Virus record (IMG/VR): IMGVR_UViG_3300023296_001674
Direction: 5' to 3' (one strand)
Length of the DNA: 64,000 bases
DNA from: a virus
Position numbers and translations under genes: made by a program. Below, piece after piece: positions 18,095 to 25,958 of the stretch (position 1 is the first letter of the stretch; every line of letters begins with the position of its first letter). The notes under the pieces were generated by a model. That model did no database searches. It worked only from the letters and a program-made list of their open reading frames with translations, and was not told where the DNA came from.

Positions 18095-18120
18095 ATTACT
18101 ATTTATTAATAAATAGTAAT
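18095..18120. repeat. perfect 26-bp palindrome ATTACTATTTATT|AATAAATAGTAAT in divergent intergenic region
   Basis: 13+13 perfect inverted repeat between the GIY-YIG gene start (18037, minus) and gene 18170 (plus). Confidence 0.6.
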
Positions 18121-18169
18121 GTATCCAACAATTGAGGATTAATATTATGCAGGTGAATGACACAATATA

Positions 18170-18784
18170 ATGGCAAATAATGATATACATCAACTTTTAG
18201 TTGAATCAAAACAACGAATATCCAAGTATGATGATATGCTAAACGAAGCAGAACGCACTTTTCGTGAATTAAACTCCCGTAATATGCAAGCAACGTTAAT
18301 ACAGATCGAAGATTTCTTTGACTCCAATAATCTATATGCATTTAATAATTGGTTTGAAGGTATCGTTTGGGATGGCCCAAATATTACCAAATATTGGATT
18401 GAATTAACGTTGAAATATACGTATGAATCAATGCCAGAGCCAGTTGCGATGAATCGTTTCAGTGAAATGGGCGTTCAATATGATTTTGTTGATACCATAA
18501 TAATGAAATCCAAAAAAGTTCAAAATCCTGACGACCTTGATCCAGTGACACGTAAGCCAAAAGAAGAAAAAGAACGTATATGGTTGGTTTCACTTAAGAT
18601 TCCTAGACATTTAGTTGAAGACCCAATGCCTGATGATTCAGAAGATGTTGATAATGTTCAAAACTTAGAAGCCACTGCGAACGCTGAAGAAGAAGCTAAA
18701 GGCAATCCAGACATGGAAGAAGCAGATGATATGACTGCGGACGATGGCGCAAGCGATGAAGGCGGCGACGAACTTGATTTATAA
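18170..18784 (+). CDS. acidic protein with poly-acidic C-terminal tail
   Basis: C-terminal 50 aa are ~50% D/E (DDSEDVDNVQN...EEADDMTADDGASDEGGDELDL). Confidence 0.45.
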   Translation: MANNDIHQLLVESKQRISKYDDMLNEAERTFRELNSRNMQATLIQIEDFFDSNNLYAFNNWFEGIVWDGPNITKYWIELTLKYTYESMPEPVAMNRFSEMGVQYDFVDTIIMKSKKVQNPDDLDPVTRKPKEEKERIWLVSLKIPRHLVEDPMPDDSEDVDNVQNLEATANAEEEAKGNPDMEEADDMTADDGASDEGGDELDL

Positions 18785-19526
18785 CATTAACATAAACGAA
18801 GGCTTGAAAGTAGCCGATCTCAATGATTTAGTTGATGAAACTATATCAATAGACAAATTTGCCAGCAAGATTGATACTGACGCAATCGTTGTTGCATTTA
18901 AATCACATAGCACCATAACATTACCAATGGATGACTTATCAGAATTTATAGAAACCGGTAAGAACGAAGTTTTAGATACAGAAGTGAGTGCTGGCCCAGA
19001 TAAAGATGGAAAATACCTATTGTTTGTAGAGTTTTTAAGAAATGAAAATTTTCCTAAAAATTTAATAGAAGTTTTAGATAGTATGAGATCACTAACATTA
19101 ATAAAAAATTGGTCATATACATTTTATGGCGACTCAGATGAAATAAAGGACGTGACGATGGAAAATTTAACCAATGACATTAGATTAGAGAAATTAGACC
19201 GCGATGTTACACCAGATGAAATCAAAGAAACGGTTGAATTCTTCAAAAATAGCGATTTAGATGATATAAATTTCGATGGCGACAATCAAATATGTTTTGA
19301 ACAAACGGGTCAAACCATAGTAAAACAACAAATAGCATTAGGTGACCCAACAATGGTTCTTGATGCATTAAACATGAGAGTTTCTCCTATTCAATTAGAT
19401 AATGACAGTCTTCGCGAATGTAGATACTTGAGGGGTTTTCTTGGGTCGAACTGGGAAGTTACTAAAATAAATGAACATTTCGTTCTAGCCAACGATGCAG
19501 ATGAGAGAGTAATGATTATAAAATAA
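18744..19526 (+). CDS. hypothetical protein
   Basis: 260-aa ORF; its start overlaps the upstream gene by 41 nt, so the start is uncertain. Confidence 0.4.
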   Translation: MAQAMKAATNLIYNININEGLKVADLNDLVDETISIDKFASKIDTDAIVVAFKSHSTITLPMDDLSEFIETGKNEVLDTEVSAGPDKDGKYLLFVEFLRNENFPKNLIEVLDSMRSLTLIKNWSYTFYGDSDEIKDVTMENLTNDIRLEKLDRDVTPDEIKETVEFFKNSDLDDINFDGDNQICFEQTGQTIVKQQIALGDPTMVLDALNMRVSPIQLDNDSLRECRYLRGFLGSNWEVTKINEHFVLANDADERVMIIK

Positions 19527-19532
19527 TAATAC

Positions 19533-19561
19533 TTGACATCACCAAAGCCTTCGTTTAAGAT
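19533..19561 (+). promoter_or_regulatory. sigma70-type early promoter (TTGACA-N17-TAAGAT)
   Basis: TTGACA at 19533-19538 and TAAGAT at 19556-19561. SD GGAGG lies 8 nt before ATG 19597. Confidence 0.4.
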
Positions 19562-19596
19562 ATACATAATGTAATAATCTAAACGGAGGTTTTTTT

Positions 19597-20229
19597 ATGC
19601 CAAATACACTAGATGAATGCGCCACCATTGAACAAGTTGCCGAGTTTTATGAAACAAATACGGGAGATGAAGATTTTGACACTGATGTTGTTTATCGCAT
19701 GGCTGAAATTTCGGCTGAAACAGACGAAAATTTAGATAATTCATTAAGTTACCGAAATATGATGATCGGTGCGGATGAATACTGTGAACAACTTATCGGT
19801 GAGATCAATGAAGCAATTGCCGCGTTAGATGAAGCATATGATGCCGAACAATGGGATCAATTAACCGATGACATATTTACTGATTGGGAAAGCGATGAAG
19901 CAATGTCTGATGCCGCAGCGGAAATCGACGATGTAAACAACCTACTACACGACTTTAAAGGATATCTTAATGATATCGGCGAATCAGTAACTGGTTTGTA
20001 TGGCTCCGATTTTGATTTCGGATTCGGCGACATGATGAATGAATCATTTTTTGGTGACTTTTGGGGAACCGAAATGAACATGAATAAAATCCAACAATCA
20101 CAAGACGAAATGGTATTGCTGTTAAATCGCATCATCAATGCACAAGAGAAATTTGTCGATAATTTAGATGATATTGAAACAGAAATTCAAGATCACGTTA
20201 ATGGTGTTTGGGACGATATCGCTGCGTAA
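19597..20229 (+). CDS. highly acidic protein (DNA-mimic candidate)
   Basis: 210 aa with very high D/E content throughout (EDFDTD, DEAYDAEQWDQLTDD, ESDEAMSD). Strong SD. Confidence 0.45.
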   Translation: MPNTLDECATIEQVAEFYETNTGDEDFDTDVVYRMAEISAETDENLDNSLSYRNMMIGADEYCEQLIGEINEAIAALDEAYDAEQWDQLTDDIFTDWESDEAMSDAAAEIDDVNNLLHDFKGYLNDIGESVTGLYGSDFDFGFGDMMNESFFGDFWGTEMNMNKIQQSQDEMVLLLNRIINAQEKFVDNLDDIETEIQDHVNGVWDDIAA

Positions 20230-20255
20230 TTTAATTTTATATAAGGAGAAATAAT

Positions 20256-20507
20256 ATGACTGAAGAACAGAAAAAAGCAGAACAAAAGAAAAACACTACA
20301 AATGCTGCCGTAGGTGGTAGTGCAGGAATTGCTGGCGAGGACGTTGTTGATACAATTCTTGGTATCGGCGAAACCGCACTGGATGTAACATTGGATGTGT
20401 TATCTGCTGGTACTGAAGTTGCTGGTGATGCATTAGGCGTTGCAGGTGATGTTGCTGAAGGTGCCGCAGAAATCGTTGGTGGCGTGCTTGGCGCAATAGC
20501 AGATTAA
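20256..20507 (+). CDS. small Gly/Ala/Val-rich repetitive protein
   Basis: Strong RBS TAAGGAGAAATAATATG. Repetitive G(D/E)A(L/V)GVAGDVAEGAA composition. The opposite-strand Q/H-rich ORF is not taken. Confidence 0.4.
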   Translation: MTEEQKKAEQKKNTTNAAVGGSAGIAGEDVVDTILGIGETALDVTLDVLSAGTEVAGDALGVAGDVAEGAAEIVGGVLGAIAD

Positions 20508-20509
20508 TC

Positions 20510-20728
20510 ATGGCTGAACAAAAATTGATTAATGCGCTAGAACGTGAAACCGAAGGGCTACGAATTGATTACATGGATCACTTAAAGGTGCTGACGATGG
20601 TTAAAGATAATGACCATGATGGCGTTCGTGACCAACTGTATGATATGGACACATGCCAACGTGATTCAATTTATAGCGAAATAGAACGATATGATACAGT
20701 GTTTTTTGAAGCATTAGGAGATATGTAA
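20510..20728 (+). CDS. hypothetical small protein
   Basis: 72-aa ORF with tight coupling (TAATCATG upstream, ATGTAATG downstream). Confidence 0.35.
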   Translation: MAEQKLINALERETEGLRIDYMDHLKVLTMVKDNDHDGVRDQLYDMDTCQRDSIYSEIERYDTVFFEALGDM

Positions 20729-21267
20729 TGGATGAACGTGAATTTACCAAAACGTGGTGGAAAAATTTGTGTGCAGACGAAGATCGATTGATTAAATGGC
20801 TCCAGAAACTGCAACATACAGAACGACACGGTTTCTACGATAATCACGATGCGATAGAACGATTTACTGATCCAATGAAGGATAAAAATGCAATCAAAGT
20901 TCTTACACAAACCGCTATTGATGAATGGCGTCATGCCGATTTGTTAGTAGGGTTGATTCATAATCGCGGTCTTGCTATTACCGCACCAGTGAAAAGTTTG
21001 TATTGGGACGAAATGGAAAAAGTTATCGTCGACCTTGATACATGCATGGCTGCATTTCACTTGGCAGAGACACTTGCCGCATGGAGATTTGAAATATTCT
21101 ATGAATATGAAAATACACCCAATGATGTGAAACAATGGCTGGAGACAGTTATACCAGATGAACAATATCATGGCAAAATCTTTCGCAAATTAACATCCGA
21201 AGATACTATTGCACGAATTAAAATCGAACAGCAACGTGTCATCGAACTTATGAAATCTAAAAAATAA
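20728..21267 (+). CDS. ferritin-like di-iron carboxylate protein (MiaE/COQ7/rubrerythrin-like four-helix bundle)
   Basis: Two ExxH motifs (DEWRH and DEQYH) ~65 aa apart, plus further conserved Glu (HTERH, HLAETLAAWRFE), the hallmark of the ferritin-like superfamily. Confidence 0.4.
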   Translation: MDEREFTKTWWKNLCADEDRLIKWLQKLQHTERHGFYDNHDAIERFTDPMKDKNAIKVLTQTAIDEWRHADLLVGLIHNRGLAITAPVKSLYWDEMEKVIVDLDTCMAAFHLAETLAAWRFEIFYEYENTPNDVKQWLETVIPDEQYHGKIFRKLTSEDTIARIKIEQQRVIELMKSKK

Positions 21268-21342
21268 TGGAGAGACAAATGGGATTAAATCATAGAAACA
21301 CTTATATCGTGGTGAATATTGATACAGGAATAACATCTATTC

Positions 21343-22260
21343 TTGACAATGATGAACAACTACAACAGTTTTTATAAAGATTCAGTAGAATATTATGAAA
21401 GTGAAGAAAAATTTAATAGAAATAATGTTGTGATTGCAGGTGGTAACATCGTTGAATTGAAAACTAGTGTTATCGTTGTTACTCCTAAAAAAGAACCGGT
21501 AACACGCGATTCTATGATTGAAGATTTATTAGGTGACGCTGGTGTAAAACGCACTCGTATGCGTAATTCTGGTAATGAATTTGTGAAATATACCAAGCTA
21601 CCCAATGACGATGACATCGATGACGATTTGACAGAAGAAGATTATATAAATGAATACGATATTGAAACCGTCGCGTATGATAACAAACAACGAATAAGTG
21701 GCGTTGACGAGGGATTGCTTTACGGTGGTTCAACCGCCAAATTGAATAATGAATTAGCCAAATCTATTGTAGATGATATGGACGACACAGGTAATACAAC
21801 GGATAAACTTGACGAAGTGCTTGATCGCATAGGAAAACGCGTTGAAACACCAACCGAAATCAATAAAATGATTGATCCTATTGTCGAAATAGCCGAAGAT
21901 ACAATCAATAAAGTTACCGATGCAGCACGTGAAGGAATCGTCAGTGCACTTGATCGTATTTCATCACCCGATTATCCTGATTTCATTAATGAAATAGTCA
22001 ATAAAAACATTGATCTTGAAATAGAAAATGATGATACATCATTAGGATCAATGCCACGAGCGTCTGATCCCAAACCACAGGTTGACAAATTGGGTGAAAT
22101 AGACGATACGGAATATTTTAACAGCGATATCATTCGTGGTGGAGTGCCACAAAAAAATGATACACAAGAGAGTGATGCACCTACACCCGAAGCTGAACGT
22201 TTTCATGAAATGCTCCGTAAACGAGATTTCGGAATGGGCGGTGGTGGTAGTGCTGGATGA
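21343..22260 (+). CDS. acidic protein with Gly-rich C-terminus
   Basis: 305 aa, D/E-rich (DDDIDDDLTEEDY), ending RDFGMGGGGSAG. Confidence 0.4.
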   Translation: MTMMNNYNSFYKDSVEYYESEEKFNRNNVVIAGGNIVELKTSVIVVTPKKEPVTRDSMIEDLLGDAGVKRTRMRNSGNEFVKYTKLPNDDDIDDDLTEEDYINEYDIETVAYDNKQRISGVDEGLLYGGSTAKLNNELAKSIVDDMDDTGNTTDKLDEVLDRIGKRVETPTEINKMIDPIVEIAEDTINKVTDAAREGIVSALDRISSPDYPDFINEIVNKNIDLEIENDDTSLGSMPRASDPKPQVDKLGEIDDTEYFNSDIIRGGVPQKNDTQESDAPTPEAERFHEMLRKRDFGMGGGGSAG

Positions 22261-22477
22261 TGATTCGTTAAAGATAGTTAGAACCGCCGCAAGTGAGGCA
22301 GGAGACTATCTGAAGGATGTGTTAGAACCATGTGAAGGGCATCCTGTGCGAAATGCATACGCACACGTATGGGAGCGCCTTAAACACCATCTAGGCGGGT
22401 GTTCATACAAAGACTGTGATAACGACGATGTTCCACTATTGTTGGAACTGATTGAAGAAATAAGAAACAAAAAATAG
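22250..22477 (+). CDS. hypothetical small protein (start uncertain, possible GTG start overlapping the upstream gene)
   Basis: Listed ORF 22136-22477 overlaps the upstream gene by 125 nt and has no in-frame ATG after the upstream stop, so a GTG start near 22241-22250 is inferred. Confidence 0.25.
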   Translation: MLDDDSLKIVRTAASEAGDYLKDVLEPCEGHPVRNAYAHVWERLKHHLGGCSYKDCDNDDVPLLLELIEEIRNKK

Positions 22478-22506
22478 TTGACAGTAAAGGGTTAATGTAG
22501 TAGATT
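22478..22506 (+). promoter_or_regulatory. sigma70-type promoter (TTGACA-N17-TAGATT) with TAATGTAGTAG word, driving the tRNA pair
   Basis: TTGACA at 22478-22483 and -10 at 22501-22506. First tRNA starts at 22518. Confidence 0.45.
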
Positions 22507-22517
22507 ATAGATATTAA

Positions 22518-22594
22518 GGGCGTGTATTCCAACCGGTAGAGAAACGAGACTTAAAATCTCGACAGTGTGGGTTCGAATCCCACCACGCCTACCA
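22518..22594 (+). tRNA. tRNA with anticodon UAA (Leu by anticodon) but short 5-nt variable loop (class I architecture); CCA encoded
   Basis: Hand-folded cloverleaf: acceptor GGGCGTG/CACGCCT (G1-U72 wobble); D-loop with GG; anticodon stem CGAGA/TCTCG; loop CUUAAAA; T-arm GTGGG-TTCGAAT-CCCAC; discriminator A then CCA. Confidence 0.7.
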
Positions 22595-22598
22595 CATA

Positions 22599-22676
22599 GC
22601 TTCCGTCGTCTAACTGGATAAGGCACCCGACTTCTAATCGGGATATTTGTAGGTTCGAGTCCTACCGGGAGCACCA
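22599..22676 (+). tRNA. tRNA-Arg (anticodon UCU); CCA encoded
   Basis: Acceptor GCTTCCG/CGGGAGC; D-stem GTCT/AGGC with AACTGGATA loop; anticodon stem CCCGA/TCGGG; loop CUUCUAA; T-arm GTAGG-TTCGAGT-CCTAC; A73-CCA. Confidence 0.8.
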
Positions 22677-22677
22677 A

Positions 22678-22701
22678 TTAAAAAATATTAATATTTTTTA
22701 A
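22678..22701. repeat. 24-bp perfect A/T palindrome (TTAAAAAATATTAATATTTTTTAA) abutting the tRNA-Arg 3' end
   Basis: Perfect inverted repeat; possible weak bidirectional terminator or processing site. Overlaps the last codons of the convergent HNH gene. Confidence 0.35.
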
Positions 22702-23679
22702 AAACATATGAAATGAACTGTATTCGATATTAAAATATTGTTGAATTTCATTTGGGGTTTTTTTATCTATATGATACATATGGCATAATATATTTATGCT
22801 GTTAAGTATATTGCGTTCAGTGTTATATGGATCACCCAACACAAAATTAAACATTTTGGATAATACTTTTGCTGATATTTTGTTGGGATTATTCCAACCT
22901 AGTGCTGGTTTCAATTTGTTATTATATACACGACCTGTTATAGATGAATATTTAATCGGAGTATATGGATGTTTAATCGCAGAACGTCGATTGATATGTT
23001 TTATATTGGCTGTATCGATTTTTTGTTCAAATAAATAATTGTCAAATGGTTCATTGTGTTTAGTTGCCCATTTTAAAATATTATCAAATAATATTTCTTT
23101 GGATATTGCATTATCTGAACCTTTTAATGAATTAACCGAATTCATTAAAAATTGACAATTAGCAGGATGTGAAATAATATCAGGATGCATTTTTAAATCA
23201 AATCCGCTTTTTACTGAAAACATATGATCATGGCAGACGCCATCTTTTTTTGTTAAGGGATTATAAAATCCATGCTTAACATATAAATCATAACCAAGAA
23301 ATGTATCATAATATTTTTCAATAAATCTAAATGAACATAATTGTTTATATCGTTTATATTGCACGCCGTGCGTTGTAGGCAAACCATTACTTTTTATTAA
23401 TGACGCACGTTGCCGCTGTCTTGATTCGGTTGTGCGTATATTATTAGAATGTATACCACCACATTTGGACGAACAAAAAATATTACCATTTTGATGCTTT
23501 TCGTATGATATAATAGATTTACATATGGAACATAATTTTGGATTTTCTTCATATACATTTTTAACTTTAGCACGACTGTATTTTTGTGAACAGGTTTGTG
23601 TACAAAATTTGCTATGACGCTTATCTTTTGGTGTAAACTCTATTTTACACTGATGGCATATATATTTGTTTGTTGACAT
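22678..23679 (-). CDS. HNH homing endonuclease with N-terminal CxxC zinc-finger repeats (mobile element)
   Basis: HNH core GVCHDHMFSVKSGF...HPANCQFLMNSVNSLKG. N-terminal CHQCKIEF...CTQTC and CSICKSII...CSSKCG fingers. Sits directly beside the tRNA genes, a typical HNH insertion site in T4-like phages. Confidence 0.7.
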   Translation of the reverse strand: MSTNKYICHQCKIEFTPKDKRHSKFCTQTCSQKYSRAKVKNVYEENPKLCSICKSIISYEKHQNGNIFCSSKCGGIHSNNIRTTESRQRQRASLIKSNGLPTTHGVQYKRYKQLCSFRFIEKYYDTFLGYDLYVKHGFYNPLTKKDGVCHDHMFSVKSGFDLKMHPDIISHPANCQFLMNSVNSLKGSDNAISKEILFDNILKWATKHNEPFDNYLFEQKIDTANIKHINRRSAIKHPYTPIKYSSITGRVYNNKLKPALGWNNPNKISAKVLSKMFNFVLGDPYNTERNILNSINILCHMYHIDKKTPNEIQQYFNIEYSSFHMFLKNINIF

Positions 23680-23783
23680 ATTGGTATCCTTTCGATTATA
23701 AATACGATGGCGGTTGGATTTTCCTTTCGGTGTCCTTGTGATATATATTTCCAGTATGTATCACGCCGCTATTACTATTTATC

Positions 23784-23812
23784 TTGACAAACCTTATTTT
23801 CTCCTATAATAT
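23784..23812 (+). promoter_or_regulatory. sigma70-type early promoter (TTGACA-N15-TATAAT / N17-TAATAT)
   Basis: TTGACA at 23784-23789 and TATAAT at 23805-23810. Heads the operon containing the FliG/FliM-like genes. Confidence 0.45.
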
Positions 23813-23841
23813 GAACACATCATTATAAAGGGAGAAATAAT

Positions 23842-24021
23842 ATGTTTGATATTTTAGAAGATGCATTTGATATTTTAACTGCGCCAATTCGCAACACGGT
23901 TGATGTACTTGAAGGATTGTCGGAAGGCGAACTTCGAACGCATGCTATTGCGCAACTTGGTTCGAGTGCGGTTGCGGGTTTGGAAGCATATGAAATCATT
24001 GAGCTATTGTTGGAAGATTAA
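23842..24021 (+). CDS. small acidic helical protein (59 aa; possible FliG N-terminal-like fragment); missed by the 60-aa ORF cutoff
   Basis: Strong RBS AAGGGAGAAATAATATG. LEGLSEGELRTHAIAQL loosely resembles the FliG_N segment FKYLSQEEVESLTFEIAKL. TAATG overlap with the next gene. Confidence 0.35.
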   Translation: MFDILEDAFDILTAPIRNTVDVLEGLSEGELRTHAIAQLGSSAVAGLEAYEIIELLLED

Positions 24022-24257
24022 TGGCAAAAGTTATTTTACGCGAACCAGTAGATGTAATACGTTGGTGGCCGGGGGGCGACGAAATTGAAAATGTTACCGA
24101 GGTTCGTCATACTCAACTAGGATTTATTGGTCATTTGCAACAAGATGGAAATACGCTCATGGTAAAACCTGGTGATTATGTATTGTCATTTCTTGGAAAG
24201 CAAATAATAATGAATGAAGAAATTTTCAAAATCAACTTTAAAGGTCACAAAGAATGA
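24021..24257 (+). CDS. small beta-rich protein, possible FliN/SpoA-like domain
   Basis: LMVKPGDYVLSFLGKQIIMNEEIFKIN weakly resembles the FliN core L.L.VGDVI.LD.....V.L.VNG..IA.GE.V. Weak call; context-driven. Confidence 0.3.
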   Translation: MAKVILREPVDVIRWWPGGDEIENVTEVRHTQLGFIGHLQQDGNTLMVKPGDYVLSFLGKQIIMNEEIFKINFKGHKE

Positions 24258-24646
24258 ATCAAGATATATGGGATCGATTAGATAAAGTTAGCACATTCAG
24301 GCTTACTTCATATTTGAAAAATGAATATCCACAAGTGGTTGGTGTCATTCTTTTCAATTTGTCTAGGAAAACGGTTGCTGGTGTAATGGATGAATTACCA
24401 GAAAATTTTGCTATGGAAGTTGTAATGCGTATGTTGCGCACGGATGATGTTCGCAAGGAAGTTATTGATATCATTGAAGACACATTACAGGATGAATTTT
24501 TTAATAATGTAGTCACTTATGACAATAAAGAAAAATTTATAGGTGATATGTTCGATGTTATGGTTCATTCTGATCACATGGTAGAACAGCTTGAAGAACG
24601 CAATCGTGAAATGGCTGAAAAAGTTAAGGGGTATATGGACACATGA
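24254..24646 (+). CDS. FliG middle-domain (FliG_M) homologue
   Basis: YLKNEYPQVVGVILFNLSRKTVAGVMDELPENFAMEVVMRMLRTDDV aligns residue-by-residue with E. coli FliG [47 protein letters not shown] (EHPQ box, AA.IL, DVMLRIA). Only ~130 aa, i.e. the middle domain alone. Confidence 0.6.
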   Translation: MNQDIWDRLDKVSTFRLTSYLKNEYPQVVGVILFNLSRKTVAGVMDELPENFAMEVVMRMLRTDDVRKEVIDIIEDTLQDEFFNNVVTYDNKEKFIGDMFDVMVHSDHMVEQLEERNREMAEKVKGYMDT

Positions 24647-25161
24647 TTAATCAATCTATGATAGAAGCATTAATACCGACAATGAAGAACACTGCATTTA
24701 AAGGTATTTGCACTAATCCAGATATTCAACTTGATAATTTGGCACTTATGACATTTGGTGAATATGTTGATACAATACCGCTTCCTGCAATGTGTTGTAA
24801 GTTTGATTTTGCTGGATATGCTGCATTTATCATATTTGATAGTTCATTGATATATTCTATGGTTGATGTTTTATCTGGTGGTCGTCGTGGCACCGCTGCA
24901 ATGCGAATTGAAGGCAGGGGATATACAACAATTGAAAAGCGCATTATTAAAGAATTAGTAATGGAATCAATTGTGAATGAGTTATTGTATGAACTCAATA
25001 TATTATCAAAAGATATATATATGGAAATAGAACATATAAGTCTCAGTCCAGATAATATGAGAAAGCAATTATCTGAAAATGAAATGGTTCAAATTGCACG
25101 AATGAGAGTAGACTTGGATGACCGTGGTGGTCGTTTCGAATTATGCGTTGAAGAACATTAA
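24643..25161 (+). CDS. FliM middle-domain (CheC-like) homologue
   Basis: AFIIFDSSLIYSMVDVLSGGRRG...EGRGYTTIEKRIIKEL...GGRFELCVE parallels FliM LVVFSPSLVFIAVDNLFGGDGR...EGREFTHTEQRVINRM...GEFNICLP. N-terminal SMIEALI resembles the FliM LSQAEIDALL peptide. No FliN-like C-terminal domain. Confidence 0.6.
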   Translation: MINQSMIEALIPTMKNTAFKGICTNPDIQLDNLALMTFGEYVDTIPLPAMCCKFDFAGYAAFIIFDSSLIYSMVDVLSGGRRGTAAMRIEGRGYTTIEKRIIKELVMESIVNELLYELNILSKDIYMEIEHISLSPDNMRKQLSENEMVQIARMRVDLDDRGGRFELCVEEH

Positions 25162-25173
25162 AGGAGAAATAAT

Positions 25174-25950
25174 ATGGGTTGTGACATTCACATATATCCT
25201 GAAATATTTAAAGACGGAGTTTGGCAATTATCTGAACCGTTAAATCTTGCTGCATGGTGGGATGAACGTATTTTAGATGAAGCAGATGATTATGATGCTC
25301 TTGATGAAGAACATAAATCTATGTCGAAAGAGCAAATATTAGAACAATATAAAAACGACACGCGTGTTCAATGGGAAGGGCCGTGGGATTCTAATTATTC
25401 ACTTAGGGGTAGAAATTATAATTGGTTTTCGATACTTGCCAATGTTCGCAATGGATATGGATTTGCTGGTGTAGACACTGGTGATAGTTTTGTTCCTATT
25501 CATGCACCTAATGAAGAACCACGCGGTCTTCCTGATGATGTGTCATCGGATGTTAAAAAACTTTCTGATAGTTGGGATTCCGACGGTCATTCACATTCAT
25601 ATAACACACTGCAAGAATTATTAGATTATGATTGGGATGGTCAAACACGGATAACACGTGGTATTGTTAACGTTGAGAATTTCAAAGAATTTAAAGAAAA
25701 AGGTGAACCATCAGCATGGGCGGGTGGTGTTTCTAATGTAGAAATAGTTTCTAACGAAGTCATGGCACAAATCGCATTAGGAATTTATGGCACACTTGAT
25801 AGAAATGAAACTAGATATTATACTCATGTAGAATGGAAAAATACTTATCGTGAAAATGTTGGTGCAAGTTATTTGCAAGGCATTCTTGATGAACTAACAA
25901 AATATGGTAAACCAGAAAATGTAAGAATAGTATTTTGGTTTGACAATTAA
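25174..25950 (+). CDS. hypothetical protein in the FliG/FliM-like operon
   Basis: 258 aa; strong RBS TTAAAGGAGAAATAATATG; Trp/Asp-rich. No motif recognised. Confidence 0.45.
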   Translation: MGCDIHIYPEIFKDGVWQLSEPLNLAAWWDERILDEADDYDALDEEHKSMSKEQILEQYKNDTRVQWEGPWDSNYSLRGRNYNWFSILANVRNGYGFAGVDTGDSFVPIHAPNEEPRGLPDDVSSDVKKLSDSWDSDGHSHSYNTLQELLDYDWDGQTRITRGIVNVENFKEFKEKGEPSAWAGGVSNVEIVSNEVMAQIALGIYGTLDRNETRYYTHVEWKNTYRENVGASYLQGILDELTKYGKPENVRIVFWFDN

Positions 25951-25958
25951 GGAGATCA

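Noticed and set aside
20296-20511. Q/H/R-rich 71-aa minus-strand ORF opposite the Gly/Ala-rich gene 20256-20507
   Set aside because: Both are low-complexity, but only the plus strand has a perfect RBS (TAAGGAGAAATAATATG) and fits the all-plus operon. Minus ORF treated as the shadow.
22492-22677. 61-aa minus-strand ORF spanning both tRNA genes
   Set aside because: The region folds into two canonical tRNAs on the plus strand. The ORF is an artefact of stable RNA-gene sequence.
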